IMG/VR virus record: IMGVR_UViG_3300029953_000001
Length of the DNA: 64,000 nucleotides
Strand: one strand, 5' to 3'
Source of the DNA: a virus
Part shown: positions 28,893-38,667 of the stretch, piece after piece
Layout: each line of letters begins with the position of its first letter
How positions within the stretch are numbered: position 1 is the stretch's first letter
Notes under the pieces: model-generated
The model's input: the letters and a program-made list of their open reading frames with translations, nothing else
Databases searched by the model: none
Told to the model about the DNA's origin: nothing
Position numbers and translations under genes: made by a program

Positions 28893-30177
28893 GGAGGGCT
28901 ACATCAATGAGCGTCGGCACCCCACTCTACCACTCCGAATTCTGAATTATTCAAATGCATGCCAGTTTGAGCAGAAGTGGCCGCATGAAGTGTGTGCGTG
29001 TCGGGGTCTGATTATCGATGACCAAGACAACGTTGTTTCGAGACCTCAGTATAAATTTTTCAATTTGGGTCAGACCTCGACTGTCCTCGACTACGAGGGT
29101 GGGGTGTTGGAGTATGTAACTTCCAAACAGACCCCGGCGATTGTTCCCGACGAGAACGTGATGGTTGACGCTGCCTACCTCAAGAAGTTAACCAAGCTGT
29201 ACACCGACCTGACTATCACCCGCAAGATGGATGGCTGGGCCGGAATCCTGTACGAGTATGAGGGACAGTGGGGTGTGTCCAGTCGCGGCTCCTTCGACTC
29301 TCCGGGGGCTATATTTGCAACTCAGAAGTTCCAGAAGTTTGTTAAGTATGGCGCGACCGAATTCATCCCCAAGGGCTGGAGTCTGTTCTTTGAGATAATT
29401 TCCAAAGAGCTTCGCATCGTCATCCCGTACGAGTGGGAAGGTCTGTGCCTGTTGACGGCGGTGAACAATGAGACCGGCGAGGAGATGACCTACGAGCAGT
29501 TGCACGAACTGTGGACGAACCTCAACTCGTACTCACGTGTTATTGACGCTGATGGTGTGTCGCAGCCGGGTAAGCCGTGGTGCCGCATTGTGGAGAAGTT
29601 CGATATCGACCTCACGGCTGCTGTCGGCGACCAGTCCCTTGAAGAGGAGGGCTACGTCGTCGCTGTGAATCGCCATGGGCTTCCTCCGGTCACGGCTAAA
29701 ATTAAATTGGAAGAGTACAAGCGACTCCACCGCATTCTAACAGGCGTGACTCCGCAGATGATTTGGGCTGAGATGTCTAACCCCACGAGTGTGTGGTTAG
29801 AGGCTGGATGCCGGTACGACCGGAAGACTGGTCAGACTGCATTCAACATGCGTGTCCCGGCCAACTTTTCTGACTGGGTTCTTCAGTGGCAGCGTGGCAT
29901 GACTAATGCGTTCCACGAGAACCTTGTCACGGCTATCAAGGCTCAGACGGAGCTAGTAGCCGTTCGTGACCTGTGGACTTCAGACCGTTTCAAGAACGAC
30001 GATGAACGAAAGAAGTGGCTCCGCAGCCCGAATGGTGGGAGTTATTCCGCTGAGATTGTCACGGCAGCTATGTTCCTCCGCAGCAACCGCATCGTAGAAG
30101 CTTACGAGGTTCTCTGGAAGATGGTTCGTCCGCATGGCCGGGATGATAGGTTTTATGTGGAAGGGAAGGGTGAGTGA
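28840..30177 (+). CDS. RNA ligase, T4 Rnl1 family
   Basis: ILNYS, CRGLIID, RPQYKFFN, adenylation motif KMDG, SRGSFDS, FEII, EGYVV, KIK..EY. Confidence 0.92.
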   Translation: MMKLGNYLDLDNLRQLIEEGYINERRHPTLPLRILNYSNACQFEQKWPHEVCACRGLIIDDQDNVVSRPQYKFFNLGQTSTVLDYEGGVLEYVTSKQTPAIVPDENVMVDAAYLKKLTKLYTDLTITRKMDGWAGILYEYEGQWGVSSRGSFDSPGAIFATQKFQKFVKYGATEFIPKGWSLFFEIISKELRIVIPYEWEGLCLLTAVNNETGEEMTYEQLHELWTNLNSYSRVIDADGVSQPGKPWCRIVEKFDIDLTAAVGDQSLEEEGYVVAVNRHGLPPVTAKIKLEEYKRLHRILTGVTPQMIWAEMSNPTSVWLEAGCRYDRKTGQTAFNMRVPANFSDWVLQWQRGMTNAFHENLVTAIKAQTELVAVRDLWTSDRFKNDDERKKWLRSPNGGSYSAEIVTAAMFLRSNRIVEAYEVLWKMVRPHGRDDRFYVEGKGE

Positions 30178-30392
30178 TGGCGACACCGCGAGTCTACGTA
30201 GTTGAGTCGAAGAACTCTCTCCACGATTGGAGTCCAGCCCAGTTGTTCATCGCCCGGTGGGCCGCAGAAGTACGAGTAAAGGAACACCGGGACTTCATGA
30301 AATTGAACGCCATCAAGGGCGTATACTACCGGTTCAAGCCATACTTCCCTTTGGGGAAGAAATCTGACGAAAGGCAAGACTATGCTCATTGA
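30174..30392 (+). CDS. Hypothetical protein
   Basis: GTGA overlap with the ligase stop. Confidence 0.5.
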   Translation: MMATPRVYVVESKNSLHDWSPAQLFIARWAAEVRVKEHRDFMKLNAIKGVYYRFKPYFPLGKKSDERQDYAH

Positions 30393-30783
30393 TGCAAGTG
30401 TGAAGTCCAAGCTGGCGAAGCGTGGCACCAACGATAAGATTGCCGGTCTGCTTTCCAAGGCCACGAAGAATAAAGTCGAACCTGACCTCCGCGACATGGT
30501 GGGTAAGCTGGAGTTGAACGCCGACTGTCCCAACGACTACTTCCTGTTGCGGTCTCTCTACGCTGTGGTGACCGGCACCGACCACGGCGGTGGTGGACGT
30601 ATCATCATCTACGACCGCGACGGTATCAAGCTGGCAGACTACCTCAACCCGGTGAGCCCCAAGTGTACCTGCAAGACCAAGACGCACAGCAAGGTGTGCG
30701 TGGAGGTCTGGAAGAAAGAGAACAAGAAGCAGATTGACCTGGCCTTCCGGCTTAAGTTCGCCGCAGAGGCCAAGTCAAATTAG
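30382..30783 (+). CDS. Hypothetical protein
   Basis: 133 aa; strong codon bias; CTC..H..C motif. Confidence 0.65.
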   Translation: MLIDASVKSKLAKRGTNDKIAGLLSKATKNKVEPDLRDMVGKLELNADCPNDYFLLRSLYAVVTGTDHGGGGRIIIYDRDGIKLADYLNPVSPKCTCKTKTHSKVCVEVWKKENKKQIDLAFRLKFAAEAKSN

Positions 30784-30785
30784 GT

Positions 30786-30814
30786 GACCAGAACCCCGGT
30801 CACCACGGTATACT
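30786..30814 (+). promoter_or_regulatory. Class A promoter, leaderless
   Basis: GACCAG-N17-TATACT-N6-ATG (30821); overlaps an inverted repeat GGTGACC/GGTCACC. Confidence 0.65.
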
Positions 30815-30820
30815 GAGGAT

Positions 30821-31141
30821 ATGGAACTCGATACTGTACTTGATGTACCGACAAGCACACCAAGAGTACGTGGGCGCAAGCGGCTCATCTTGGCACCAAA
30901 CATACGGCTCTACACCTTTGGAGAGAAACTCTTCAATGCAGTGTTCGGGTGTGTGGGTGGGCACGTCTTCGGCTGGCCGTTCAGCACCGACGACATGACT
31001 TACCCGGAACCATTTGACTCTCATCAGGTCTGCCGCAAGTGCAGCAAGACCCGTTTCTACCAGACCAAGGGCGATGAGAAGACCCCCATGCAAGCGGGAC
31101 CGTTCTTCAAGAAAACGATTGACAGGGAAAGGGTACGTTAG
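30821..31141 (+). CDS. Hypothetical Zn-binding protein
   Basis: C..GH...CRKC motif. Confidence 0.6.
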   Translation: MELDTVLDVPTSTPRVRGRKRLILAPNIRLYTFGEKLFNAVFGCVGGHVFGWPFSTDDMTYPEPFDSHQVCRKCSKTRFYQTKGDEKTPMQAGPFFKKTIDRERVR

Positions 31142-31142
31142 C

Positions 31143-31712
31143 ATGGAATCTCGATTCAAGGGGCACTATCTACTTCACGACCGGGGGACGCCAGAGGATG
31201 TTCAAAAGCTGGCGTCCATCATGGCCGAGAAGACCAAGATGAGCTACGAACAGTTCAAGCAGCCGCACCCCCCATACGAGTTCAATGAGTCGGCCTCTGC
31301 CGACGTTTCCTACAAGTGGCTCCGCACCTACTTCCTCCCGGACACCCTTCTCCACTCCGTCATCTTCGGCTTTGGCTTTGGTGGTCTCCTCGCAGCCAAG
31401 CTGCAAGGAGACTTCCCGGCCCGTGACATCTCAGTCGTCGCCATCAACGCTCCGACGAGCGAGGGGGAGTTTACTCTCGACAGTAAGATTCATGAGCGAG
31501 TGTCCCTGTACAGTAGCCAGTACGTCCCCAAGGACAATAACTGGTCGAAGTACGCGAAGCAGGTCTATGATGTTCCATGGTTGCAACATGGCATCAAGAA
31601 CACCAAGTATGGTCTCGCTTACCTGATGATGGCCTACATGCAGCACGAGGACATCTCAGCCGCAGTATCCTCCCTCCACGATGGGGAGATAGCTGAGGCC
31701 GCTGGAGCCTAA
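31143..31712 (+). CDS. Alpha/beta-hydrolase-fold protein lacking the nucleophile Ser
   Basis: VIFGFGFGGLLAAKL in place of GxSxGG; VVAINAP; C-terminal His. Confidence 0.55.
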   Translation: MESRFKGHYLLHDRGTPEDVQKLASIMAEKTKMSYEQFKQPHPPYEFNESASADVSYKWLRTYFLPDTLLHSVIFGFGFGGLLAAKLQGDFPARDISVVAINAPTSEGEFTLDSKIHERVSLYSSQYVPKDNNWSKYAKQVYDVPWLQHGIKNTKYGLAYLMMAYMQHEDISAAVSSLHDGEIAEAAGA

Positions 31713-31753
31713 ATTTTCCCAACAGGAACCCCAAAACTTGCGTATCAATACGC

Positions 31754-32305
31754 ATGGTAAGAATACCCAAAGTATCACTACCCAACATCTCTGAACCGAA
31801 GACAGTAGGCTTCGACTTCTACGAACGTCAACGGCCTCGTGTACTCTGCACGAATGAGATAAAGAATCAGCTTCGCGAGATTGTGCAAGATGCGGAGCGT
31901 CGTCCCTACACCGACTGGACTACCTCGTCGCCCAACCGGGACATCCCTGTAGTCATCTCGCAACGTGCGACCGGCAAGACGTACGGCCTAGTCCACTTCG
32001 TGGGTGAGCGTACTCTCATCCTTCCCGAAGGTGAGGAGATTGCTGTACTCGCACCCAACCACAACATCGCTGACCGCTTTGAGGATGAGTTCAAGCGGCA
32101 CTTCCCCACTCTGAAGGTACCGTACGTCACCAGTGCCAACAAGGTACCATCTGCTTTTTGCGGTCTAAGCTTCCGCGAAATTTACATCGAAGAATTCTTC
32201 TTGATTGAAAAGAGAGTTCTTCACGACCTGCCTTCTCTCAACACTAAAGTTGTGGTAGGCTTAGGAACTATCGAAACCCCAACCACTATCTCCATCCGGG
32301 TGTAG
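31754..32305 (+). CDS. Small P-loop ATPase (terminase/helicase-like N-domain)
   Basis: QRATGKT, IAVLAPN, GLSFREIYIEE. Confidence 0.55.
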   Translation: MVRIPKVSLPNISEPKTVGFDFYERQRPRVLCTNEIKNQLREIVQDAERRPYTDWTTSSPNRDIPVVISQRATGKTYGLVHFVGERTLILPEGEEIAVLAPNHNIADRFEDEFKRHFPTLKVPYVTSANKVPSAFCGLSFREIYIEEFFLIEKRVLHDLPSLNTKVVVGLGTIETPTTISIRV

Positions 32306-32335
32306 TGCAACTAACTTGATTGAAGGAAGGTACTA

Positions 32336-32767
32336 ATGGCTGACGTAAACGAAACCCCCACCGCACCAGAGGCAACTCTGGCAGAAGTAGAGGCTCCTGC
32401 CGCTGTTGTTCCCCCTGCGATTACTCTTCGCACGGAAATTGCTGACCGCCTTGCAACCACGGCCCCTGTAGTTCGTGAAGCTGTCATCGCTGAACTGACC
32501 ACCAAGGAAATCACAGCCCGTAAGGACGCTGTGCTGACCCTGCTGACCAAGTTCGATGACAAGTCCAAGGAACTGAAGAAGGCCGAGAACGGCGGAGCCT
32601 ACGCTCTCGACATCGACGGCAAGAAGGTTGGAGACCCGACGTTCACCAAGGAGCAGGTCGAAGCCATCAAGAAGCTGCGTGAGGAAATCAGCGGCATCTC
32701 GACGGCCCTGTCCAACTTCTTCGACAAGAACGACACCAAGAAGCTGTACGAACTCGCCAAGAAGTAA
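32336..32767 (+). CDS. Hypothetical coiled-coil protein
   Basis: Strong SD and strong codon bias. Confidence 0.7.
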   Translation: MADVNETPTAPEATLAEVEAPAAVVPPAITLRTEIADRLATTAPVVREAVIAELTTKEITARKDAVLTLLTKFDDKSKELKKAENGGAYALDIDGKKVGDPTFTKEQVEAIKKLREEISGISTALSNFFDKNDTKKLYELAKK

Positions 32768-33363
32768 TGGTCGAAGAACTACAAGCCGAAGCAGCAGTAC
32801 GAGCGGGGAGCCCGGAGGGTGTCCTTCTTCTCATCAAGCTCCTACTCAAGGAAGCTGATGAGATTGACTGGCGGTCTTCCGATACTCCCCGCAAGTATTT
32901 CCTGTTGCTGCGTGCCTACGTGCTGGCGAAGCGGCAGAAGCGGCAGATGTCCCACCTGAAGAACGGTGAAGACCTCTACACGGGGTACACTAACTCTGAC
33001 ACTCGGTCTAGTCATTACGAAACCATCCGTGGGTTGAGGGATGAAATCAAGGAACGTCGGGCGGAAGCGCGACAGTATGCGGCTCAGTGGATTCCACCCC
33101 ACAAGCTGAAACCCTTGAAGCAGTACGCGGGAGTCCACATGGGCATCCGTTACAACGAAATTGATGAGCACTACTTGGACGCCTTCGCCCATGGCAGGAT
33201 TAGTATGCCGTCAGAATCAGCGATGGCTTACAGGCAGCAAAGTCTCAGGGAGTCGGCCTTCAGTAGAAAGTATGAGCAGACACACGGCGGTATGCATACC
33301 AGTTCGGGCGGAACCTACCCGTATCAATATCACGAAAAGAAAGACCACCTGTTGGAGCAGTAA
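32767..33363 (+). CDS. Hypothetical protein
   Basis: TAATG coupling; 198 aa. Confidence 0.6.
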   Translation: MVEELQAEAAVRAGSPEGVLLLIKLLLKEADEIDWRSSDTPRKYFLLLRAYVLAKRQKRQMSHLKNGEDLYTGYTNSDTRSSHYETIRGLRDEIKERRAEARQYAAQWIPPHKLKPLKQYAGVHMGIRYNEIDEHYLDAFAHGRISMPSESAMAYRQQSLRESAFSRKYEQTHGGMHTSSGGTYPYQYHEKKDHLLEQ

Positions 33364-33373
33364 GAGGGCCAGA

Positions 33374-33736
33374 ATGAAGCTTTGGGGTTTGGTAGCATTC
33401 TTCGAGGAAGCACGACGTAAGCGTCAGTTCAACAAAACACTCAACAATGTATCCAAGGCAATCGCCCTGCTCAAAGACGGGGAATACGTCATCGCCACGT
33501 TCGAGGGCAAGGAAGTCAAGTTCGTCCGCAAGGGTGATTGGTTCGACGCCTTTGTTTCCCACAATGACGACGTATGGGAGCCCCTCCCGGTTCTCAAGCC
33601 CAAGCCGGTGGTCGAGCATTACAACATCAATGGCATCCCGGTCTCGGTCGGAATGGACAGCAACGAGTGGGTAGAAGCGATGCTGGATACCTACCCGCAG
33701 AAGGCCAAAAGGACAGAAGACCCATGGCCGTACTGA
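33374..33736 (+). CDS. Hypothetical protein
   Basis: GAGGG SD; ATG at 33374. Confidence 0.6.
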   Translation: MKLWGLVAFFEEARRKRQFNKTLNNVSKAIALLKDGEYVIATFEGKEVKFVRKGDWFDAFVSHNDDVWEPLPVLKPKPVVEHYNINGIPVSVGMDSNEWVEAMLDTYPQKAKRTEDPWPY

Positions 33737-33773
33737 AAATTTGAGCTACGGGGTTGATTTATAGAGGACTCCC

Positions 33774-35102
33774 ATGTTTAATTTCACCGCCAAATTTCTA
33801 GTAAAAGCCGACGACCTTGAACGTACCGAACCAGCCACTTCCGGCGAAGTGGGCTCATCTGGCTCCGGCTTCGAGAGTCTCAATGGTTTCACCGTCCAAA
33901 CCCTCGACAGTTTTGTCAAGAGTGGCTCCGTCAAAACAGCGGACAGCTACGACGATGACGACGTAGTGCCGGAGGAAGACCCCAAGAAGGGTAAGCGTCC
34001 CCAGCCTAAAGATAAGAAAAAGAAGAAGGAAGAGCCAGAAGAAGAGAAACCGGACTTCGGTCTAGGTGCGAAGCACCGTCCCCTCAGCGATGAGGAGATG
34101 GGGGATTACGTCAACCGTATCAAGGACAAGACGAAGACGAAGACCGACCCGTACACCATGCCGTACATCCACCAGAAGAACATCAAGATTGTGGATGGTT
34201 CCAACAATGAGTACGACTTGAAGGAACTCAAGGCGTCCATCATGAAGCGGCCCACCACTCTTCTCAAGCAGAACGAGAAGATGCAGCACAGCGACGGCAC
34301 CGCCACCCAGTATTACAACATCGGTCTCCCAGCCCTCAAGGGTCTGGCAGTGAACGAGAAGACCGGTGAGTTCGTGGTGGTCGATACCTGCCCCGGCTCC
34401 GGTGCGTGTAAGACTTACTGCTACGCCATGAAGAGCAGCTACATCATGTTCGAAGCTGTCAGTATGAGCCAGACCCGCATCCTCAACTTCCTCCTGAACG
34501 ACCCCAAGCGGTTCTCAGCCATCCTCAAGGCGGACATCGCTTCAGCCATCATCAAGAATGAAGTCGATGGCAATGACGTGGTTATTCGTTGGCACGATGC
34601 CGGTGACTTCTTCAGCCCTCAGTACACCGAGTTGGCCTTCGACATCGCCCGTGCGTTCCCTGACAACACCTTCTACGCCTACACCAAGATTGCTGACGTG
34701 GCGAAGGCACAGAAGCCGGACAACTTCATCATCAACTTCAGCGAAGGTGCTCTCCCGGCTGAGTCCAAGAAAATCAACATGACGCAAATCAAGCACGGCG
34801 TCGTGGTGCAGAAGGACATGTTCTGGGACTTGATTGCTCGTAAAGGAAACACGCTCATCAAGGAGAACGGCCAGACCGCGTTCAAGGACAAGGAAGCGTG
34901 GAACGAGTTCAAGGACAGAATCGTTGCCAAGTACAAAATCAAGAAGGACACCATCCTGAGCTACAACCAGTACATGCGGATGAAGCAGAGCGGGATGCTG
35001 GGCGACACCCCGCACAAGTGGAACGTGGTTGTTCCTCCGGGCGGCGGCGACAACTCGGCCAACGACCCCTTGGTTCTCGGCTCCTACCTGATGTTCCACT
35101 AA
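33774..35102 (+). CDS. Gp88-like (radical-SAM-related) phage protein
   Basis: TCPGSGACKTYCYAMK, IRWHDAGDFFS, FYAYTK, PDNFIINFS. Confidence 0.75.
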   Translation: MFNFTAKFLVKADDLERTEPATSGEVGSSGSGFESLNGFTVQTLDSFVKSGSVKTADSYDDDDVVPEEDPKKGKRPQPKDKKKKKEEPEEEKPDFGLGAKHRPLSDEEMGDYVNRIKDKTKTKTDPYTMPYIHQKNIKIVDGSNNEYDLKELKASIMKRPTTLLKQNEKMQHSDGTATQYYNIGLPALKGLAVNEKTGEFVVVDTCPGSGACKTYCYAMKSSYIMFEAVSMSQTRILNFLLNDPKRFSAILKADIASAIIKNEVDGNDVVIRWHDAGDFFSPQYTELAFDIARAFPDNTFYAYTKIADVAKAQKPDNFIINFSEGALPAESKKINMTQIKHGVVVQKDMFWDLIARKGNTLIKENGQTAFKDKEAWNEFKDRIVAKYKIKKDTILSYNQYMRMKQSGMLGDTPHKWNVVVPPGGGDNSANDPLVLGSYLMFH

Positions 35103-35109
35103 TTGTCAA

Positions 35110-35135
35110 GGGGGTGGGCATGAAAACCCACCCCT
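35110..35135. terminator. Intrinsic terminator-like hairpin
   Basis: GGGGTGGG/CCCACCCC stem followed by an A-run. Confidence 0.55.
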
Positions 35136-35165
35136 AAGAAAAAGAAAAAATTTCCTAAAATAGAT

Positions 35166-35297
35166 GTTCAGAAAGCCGGTGTGTCCCGTATACTGTTGGT
35201 ACGGAGGAAACACCCCATGGCTTCTACTGCTACCGCCCCCAAGACCAAGCGTATCCCCAAAAATAACTGTTCAACCCCGTGTAACACCCGGTATACT
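35166..35297 (+). promoter_or_regulatory. Two tandem class A promoters
   Basis: GTTCAG-N17-TATACT (35166-35194) and GTTCAA-N17-TATACT-N6-ATG (35269-35306). Confidence 0.75.
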
Positions 35298-35303
35298 ACA
35301 GCC

Positions 35304-35789
35304 ATGGAACTCATCAAACAGCACGGTCAGGAACTAAGCCACCTCGCTGGTGAAGCATCCACCCTCTTCGCTGAATTCGCGGATAGCATCCGCCCGGAGC
35401 CCAAAGTGAAAGTCGCCCCCAAGTATCGCTTCTACGTTGACTCGGATATGGTCGTTGTCGGTCATAACCCTGAGATGGCGGACTTCGATAATCCCCGTGG
35501 CGAACTGATTGAGGTACGCTACTTCATGGTGGCGGAGGATGCCAAGGGGTACCGCTTCTCGTATGGCTTTGAAGAGACGGAACTGGGTGCGGAAGTAGTC
35601 TTCCAGCACTTCGCTCCTGCGGTCTCCGAGTGGGCAGAACGTCGCCCCGCCTACGGCTCTCAGGCTTACACCGAGTCCAACACCGGCATGTACGACCTCC
35701 GCGACGAGATGGAAGCTGACCTCGGCCCGAACTGGATGTCACACCCCCAAGTCTCTTCCGACCTTCGTCTTACACTGGGTGCCCTATGA
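35304..35789 (+). CDS. Hypothetical early protein (alternative in-frame start at 35217)
   Basis: Leaderless ATG; PAYGSQAY motif. Confidence 0.65.
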   Translation: MELIKQHGQELSHLAGEASTLFAEFADSIRPEPKVKVAPKYRFYVDSDMVVVGHNPEMADFDNPRGELIEVRYFMVAEDAKGYRFSYGFEETELGAEVVFQHFAPAVSEWAERRPAYGSQAYTESNTGMYDLRDEMEADLGPNWMSHPQVSSDLRLTLGAL

Positions 35790-36332
35790 AGCTTACTTAC
35801 TGGGTAGCCAACCGCCTCACCGACCGTCGCTGCTACTCCATCCGCAAGCTGACGAAGAAGGCTGTGGTCGAGGAACTCAAGAGCCACGACAAGGAAGACT
35901 ACGGAGAGCCTCACAAGATTACGGTCGAGTACGATTCCGCATTCGACTTGCTGAATCAGTGCTTGCAAGAAGGCAGCATAAATGAAGGGACGGACTGACA
36001 TGGATACCGCAACGGAACGCAAGTACGCCAGCATGGATGATTTGGAGTCCCTACGTTCGGATAACGTGGCGGCGAAGTACCGGGTGTCTACTCTCGAAGA
36101 GTACCACGCCGCTCAGACCAGCCATGAGTCCAACCGGGCCAGTGAGCAGATTGAAGCTGGTCGTGAACCCTCCCTCGTCAGCCTCTTCGGTGTAGAGTTC
36201 GGGATGCACCCCTACGTTGAAATCTACGATGTGATGATTGAGAAGCAGGGCAATCTCATCGGCTTGGACATCCCCGGTGCCCGTGAAGTCGTGTACCTCG
36301 ACCCCAACACCCTTCTGACTTGGAGTGCGTGA
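35786..36332 (+). CDS. Two small hypothetical genes (35786-35998; ~36000-36332)
   Basis: Coupled small ORFs with typical codon use. Confidence 0.55.
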
Positions 36333-37167
36333 TGCTGAAATCAATCGGAACAGCCATCCGCACTTACCTTGAACAGCGTCGTCGTCGCATCATCATAGGA
36401 TACGTCAAGGACTGTGAAGCTGCGGGCCGTAAACAGGCACTGGCATTTCTTACCTTGCAAGCAAGTCTAAGTGGCCTAGAGGCTAACCGACTTCGGTTGA
36501 TTGAACTGAAGGCGGATGCGGCCACCATCGAGCACATCGACGGAGTTATCAAGCGAGTGCGAAGCTGGGTGGATGCGGCATCTCAAAGAATGAAAGAGAG
36601 CGACCAGAGTATGAGTGACCTCCGGTCTATGGTGAAGAACCTGTATGTCCGCTGAAGTTTACATCGAACGCAAGTGCCGGGAGACGGGAACTACAGTCGC
36701 CCTTGCCAGCCCCGGCGTTGAACTCGATGCATCCGAAGGCTGGGTAACCATCTGCCGGACTCACGGCGGCGTCATCACCCACACAACTCGTAAGCTTGCA
36801 GAGCAGTGGGTATCTCATCCGAAGGAATGGTGCCCGACATGCCAAGAGAACTAGCACAGGCTGCAATTATCAAAGTGAGGCCCCTATGAGTGCAACCCTT
36901 GAATTCCCCTCCATCAGTTTGATGGAGACTATTGTCCGCTGCATCAGCACCAACCCACGCAAAGGTTGGTCGGTGAAGAATTGGGAGTTGGAGACTGGCC
37001 CGGTTGTCCGATTTGACTACATGGGCACCCGCTACCGGGTGGCTCTGGTAACCTTAGGCTCCCGCAGTAGCTACCTCGTGGAAGAGGTTGTTGGCGGTAT
37101 GCTCGTCAGCAGTGACAAGGCTCATACCCTCCGTGATATGATTCGGGTGGAGGCAGGGATGTTATGA
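36320..37167 (+). CDS. Three small hypothetical genes (36320-36655, 36645-36854, ~36887-37167)
   Basis: Overlapping/coupled ORFs; the second has CRET..CRTHG..WCPTC. Confidence 0.55.
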
Positions 37168-37772
37168 GCAAGCAGAAGGAAAAAGAACCACCCATCGACT
37201 TGTCCGACCTCCCGGAGAACTGGACTATCCGCGACGTTGAAGACCGTATGCCCAAAGAGATTCGCGAGAGTCGCTGGCCTTATCAGCTTCTCCTCATGGT
37301 CGTGCTGCCCACCAACGAAGTGAACGAGGCTGAGTTCTTCGTGGAGTTTAATTACGATGAGCGTGATGCCTTCACCGCCGCAATGCAGAAGTTCGTGGAC
37401 TCGGGGCGATTGCGAAGCTTCAAGGTGAAGCAGATTGGCATCGCTCGGGCCGACTTCGCTGAAACCATCATTCACTGCTTGGAAAAGGGCGGTGCTGACG
37501 AGATAAGCCTCAGCATTCCCCAAGGAGAACGCATCATGAAAATCATCAAGGCCGGAACTAAACCGAAAGACCGCAAGCACAAGACAACCTGTGGACACTG
37601 CCGCACCACGTTCGAGTTCCTTGAAGGTGAGGCTAAGCTAATCAACGACTTCCGTGATGGGGATTACTTCGACGTGGAGTGCCCGTACTGCCACATGTCG
37701 GTAACGGTGGATGTCACCCTCCCCTTGAATACGAGCGACGACAGGGACGATAGCTTCTGTGGGCGGGACTAA
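37164..37772 (+). CDS. Hypothetical protein; apparent fusion with a C-terminal Zn ribbon (internal SD+ATG at 37536)
   Basis: CGHC...CPYC; AAGGAG upstream of an in-frame ATG. Confidence 0.6.
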   Translation: MSKQKEKEPPIDLSDLPENWTIRDVEDRMPKEIRESRWPYQLLLMVVLPTNEVNEAEFFVEFNYDERDAFTAAMQKFVDSGRLRSFKVKQIGIARADFAETIIHCLEKGGADEISLSIPQGERIMKIIKAGTKPKDRKHKTTCGHCRTTFEFLEGEAKLINDFRDGDYFDVECPYCHMSVTVDVTLPLNTSDDRDDSFCGRD

Positions 37773-37774
37773 CA

Positions 37775-38320
37775 GTGAAAGCCGCCTTCTCCACTACGAC
37801 TGTCTTAAACAGACGTGAGTTTACGGAGCGGTTTGGCGACCCCGCGAACTTCATCTTCAGGGCTCAGTATTACCACTCTACGACCCCGATGAAGTGCGCC
37901 CTATGTGGACGTGACATCCGCAACGTCTACACCTTGCGTACGCAAGGCCGCTCCGTCCCGTCAGGAGAGTGCTGCTTCTCCCTGTTCGAGGAATGGAACC
38001 CGGAGGTCTACGCTCGTCTGATGGCGTGCAAGTTCCTCCTGAATGCCTACGAGCAAGACACCCAAGCTGACATCAAAACGTACAATGCTGTGGGCGATGT
38101 ACGGTACCGTCGTACAGAGTGGAATCGGCTGCGTCGTAAGGTCCACCAGACCATCCGGGACTATCGGAAGGCTACCGGCAGCGGCTGGCTCCCCCGGCAT
38201 CTCTATGATGTGCTGCAAGAGTCTAACCGTAAACCCGGCAAGTCCATGCGTTGGTTCGAGTCCCATATCCCCACCCTGAAAGAGTTGATACGGAATTCTT
38301 CCGCTGCGAGTATCTGTTAG
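37775..38320 (+). CDS. Hypothetical Zn-binding protein
   Basis: CALCGRDIRN..GECC. Confidence 0.6.
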   Translation: MKAAFSTTTVLNRREFTERFGDPANFIFRAQYYHSTTPMKCALCGRDIRNVYTLRTQGRSVPSGECCFSLFEEWNPEVYARLMACKFLLNAYEQDTQADIKTYNAVGDVRYRRTEWNRLRRKVHQTIRDYRKATGSGWLPRHLYDVLQESNRKPGKSMRWFESHIPTLKELIRNSSAASIC

Positions 38321-38334
38321 TAAGAGGTTATCAC

Positions 38335-38595
38335 ATGGCAGCAAAACCACAACTACACTTACGGGTGAACGGTATCAACATCACCAACGTGAGGATTCGA
38401 CCCAAGATGGTGGCAGGTATGCCACGGGGTGAACGTGAGGTCGTTATTGAAGACCCTCAGCTTGGCCGGTTCCCCATTGATGACACCTTCGTTATTGAGG
38501 TTCGCAGTGACCCCCACAAGAAGTGGGAACTGACTACGGTGTCCGGTTTATTCTCATCCATGGACGTTTTATCCTCTGCTAAGTACCAACGGTAG
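38335..38595 (+). CDS. Hypothetical protein
   Basis: GAGG SD. Confidence 0.55.
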   Translation: MAAKPQLHLRVNGINITNVRIRPKMVAGMPRGEREVVIEDPQLGRFPIDDTFVIEVRSDPHKKWELTTVSGLFSSMDVLSSAKYQR

Positions 38596-38667
38596 CAAAG
38601 GTGGAAAAATTTTCTAACTAAGTACCCCACTTGTAGGTAATATCCTACATCAAGGGGACAAGGCTAA

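Noticed and set aside
38240-38280. tRNA-like GGTTCGAGTCCC
   Set aside because: The T-stem does not pair, there is no cloverleaf, and it lies inside a coding ORF.
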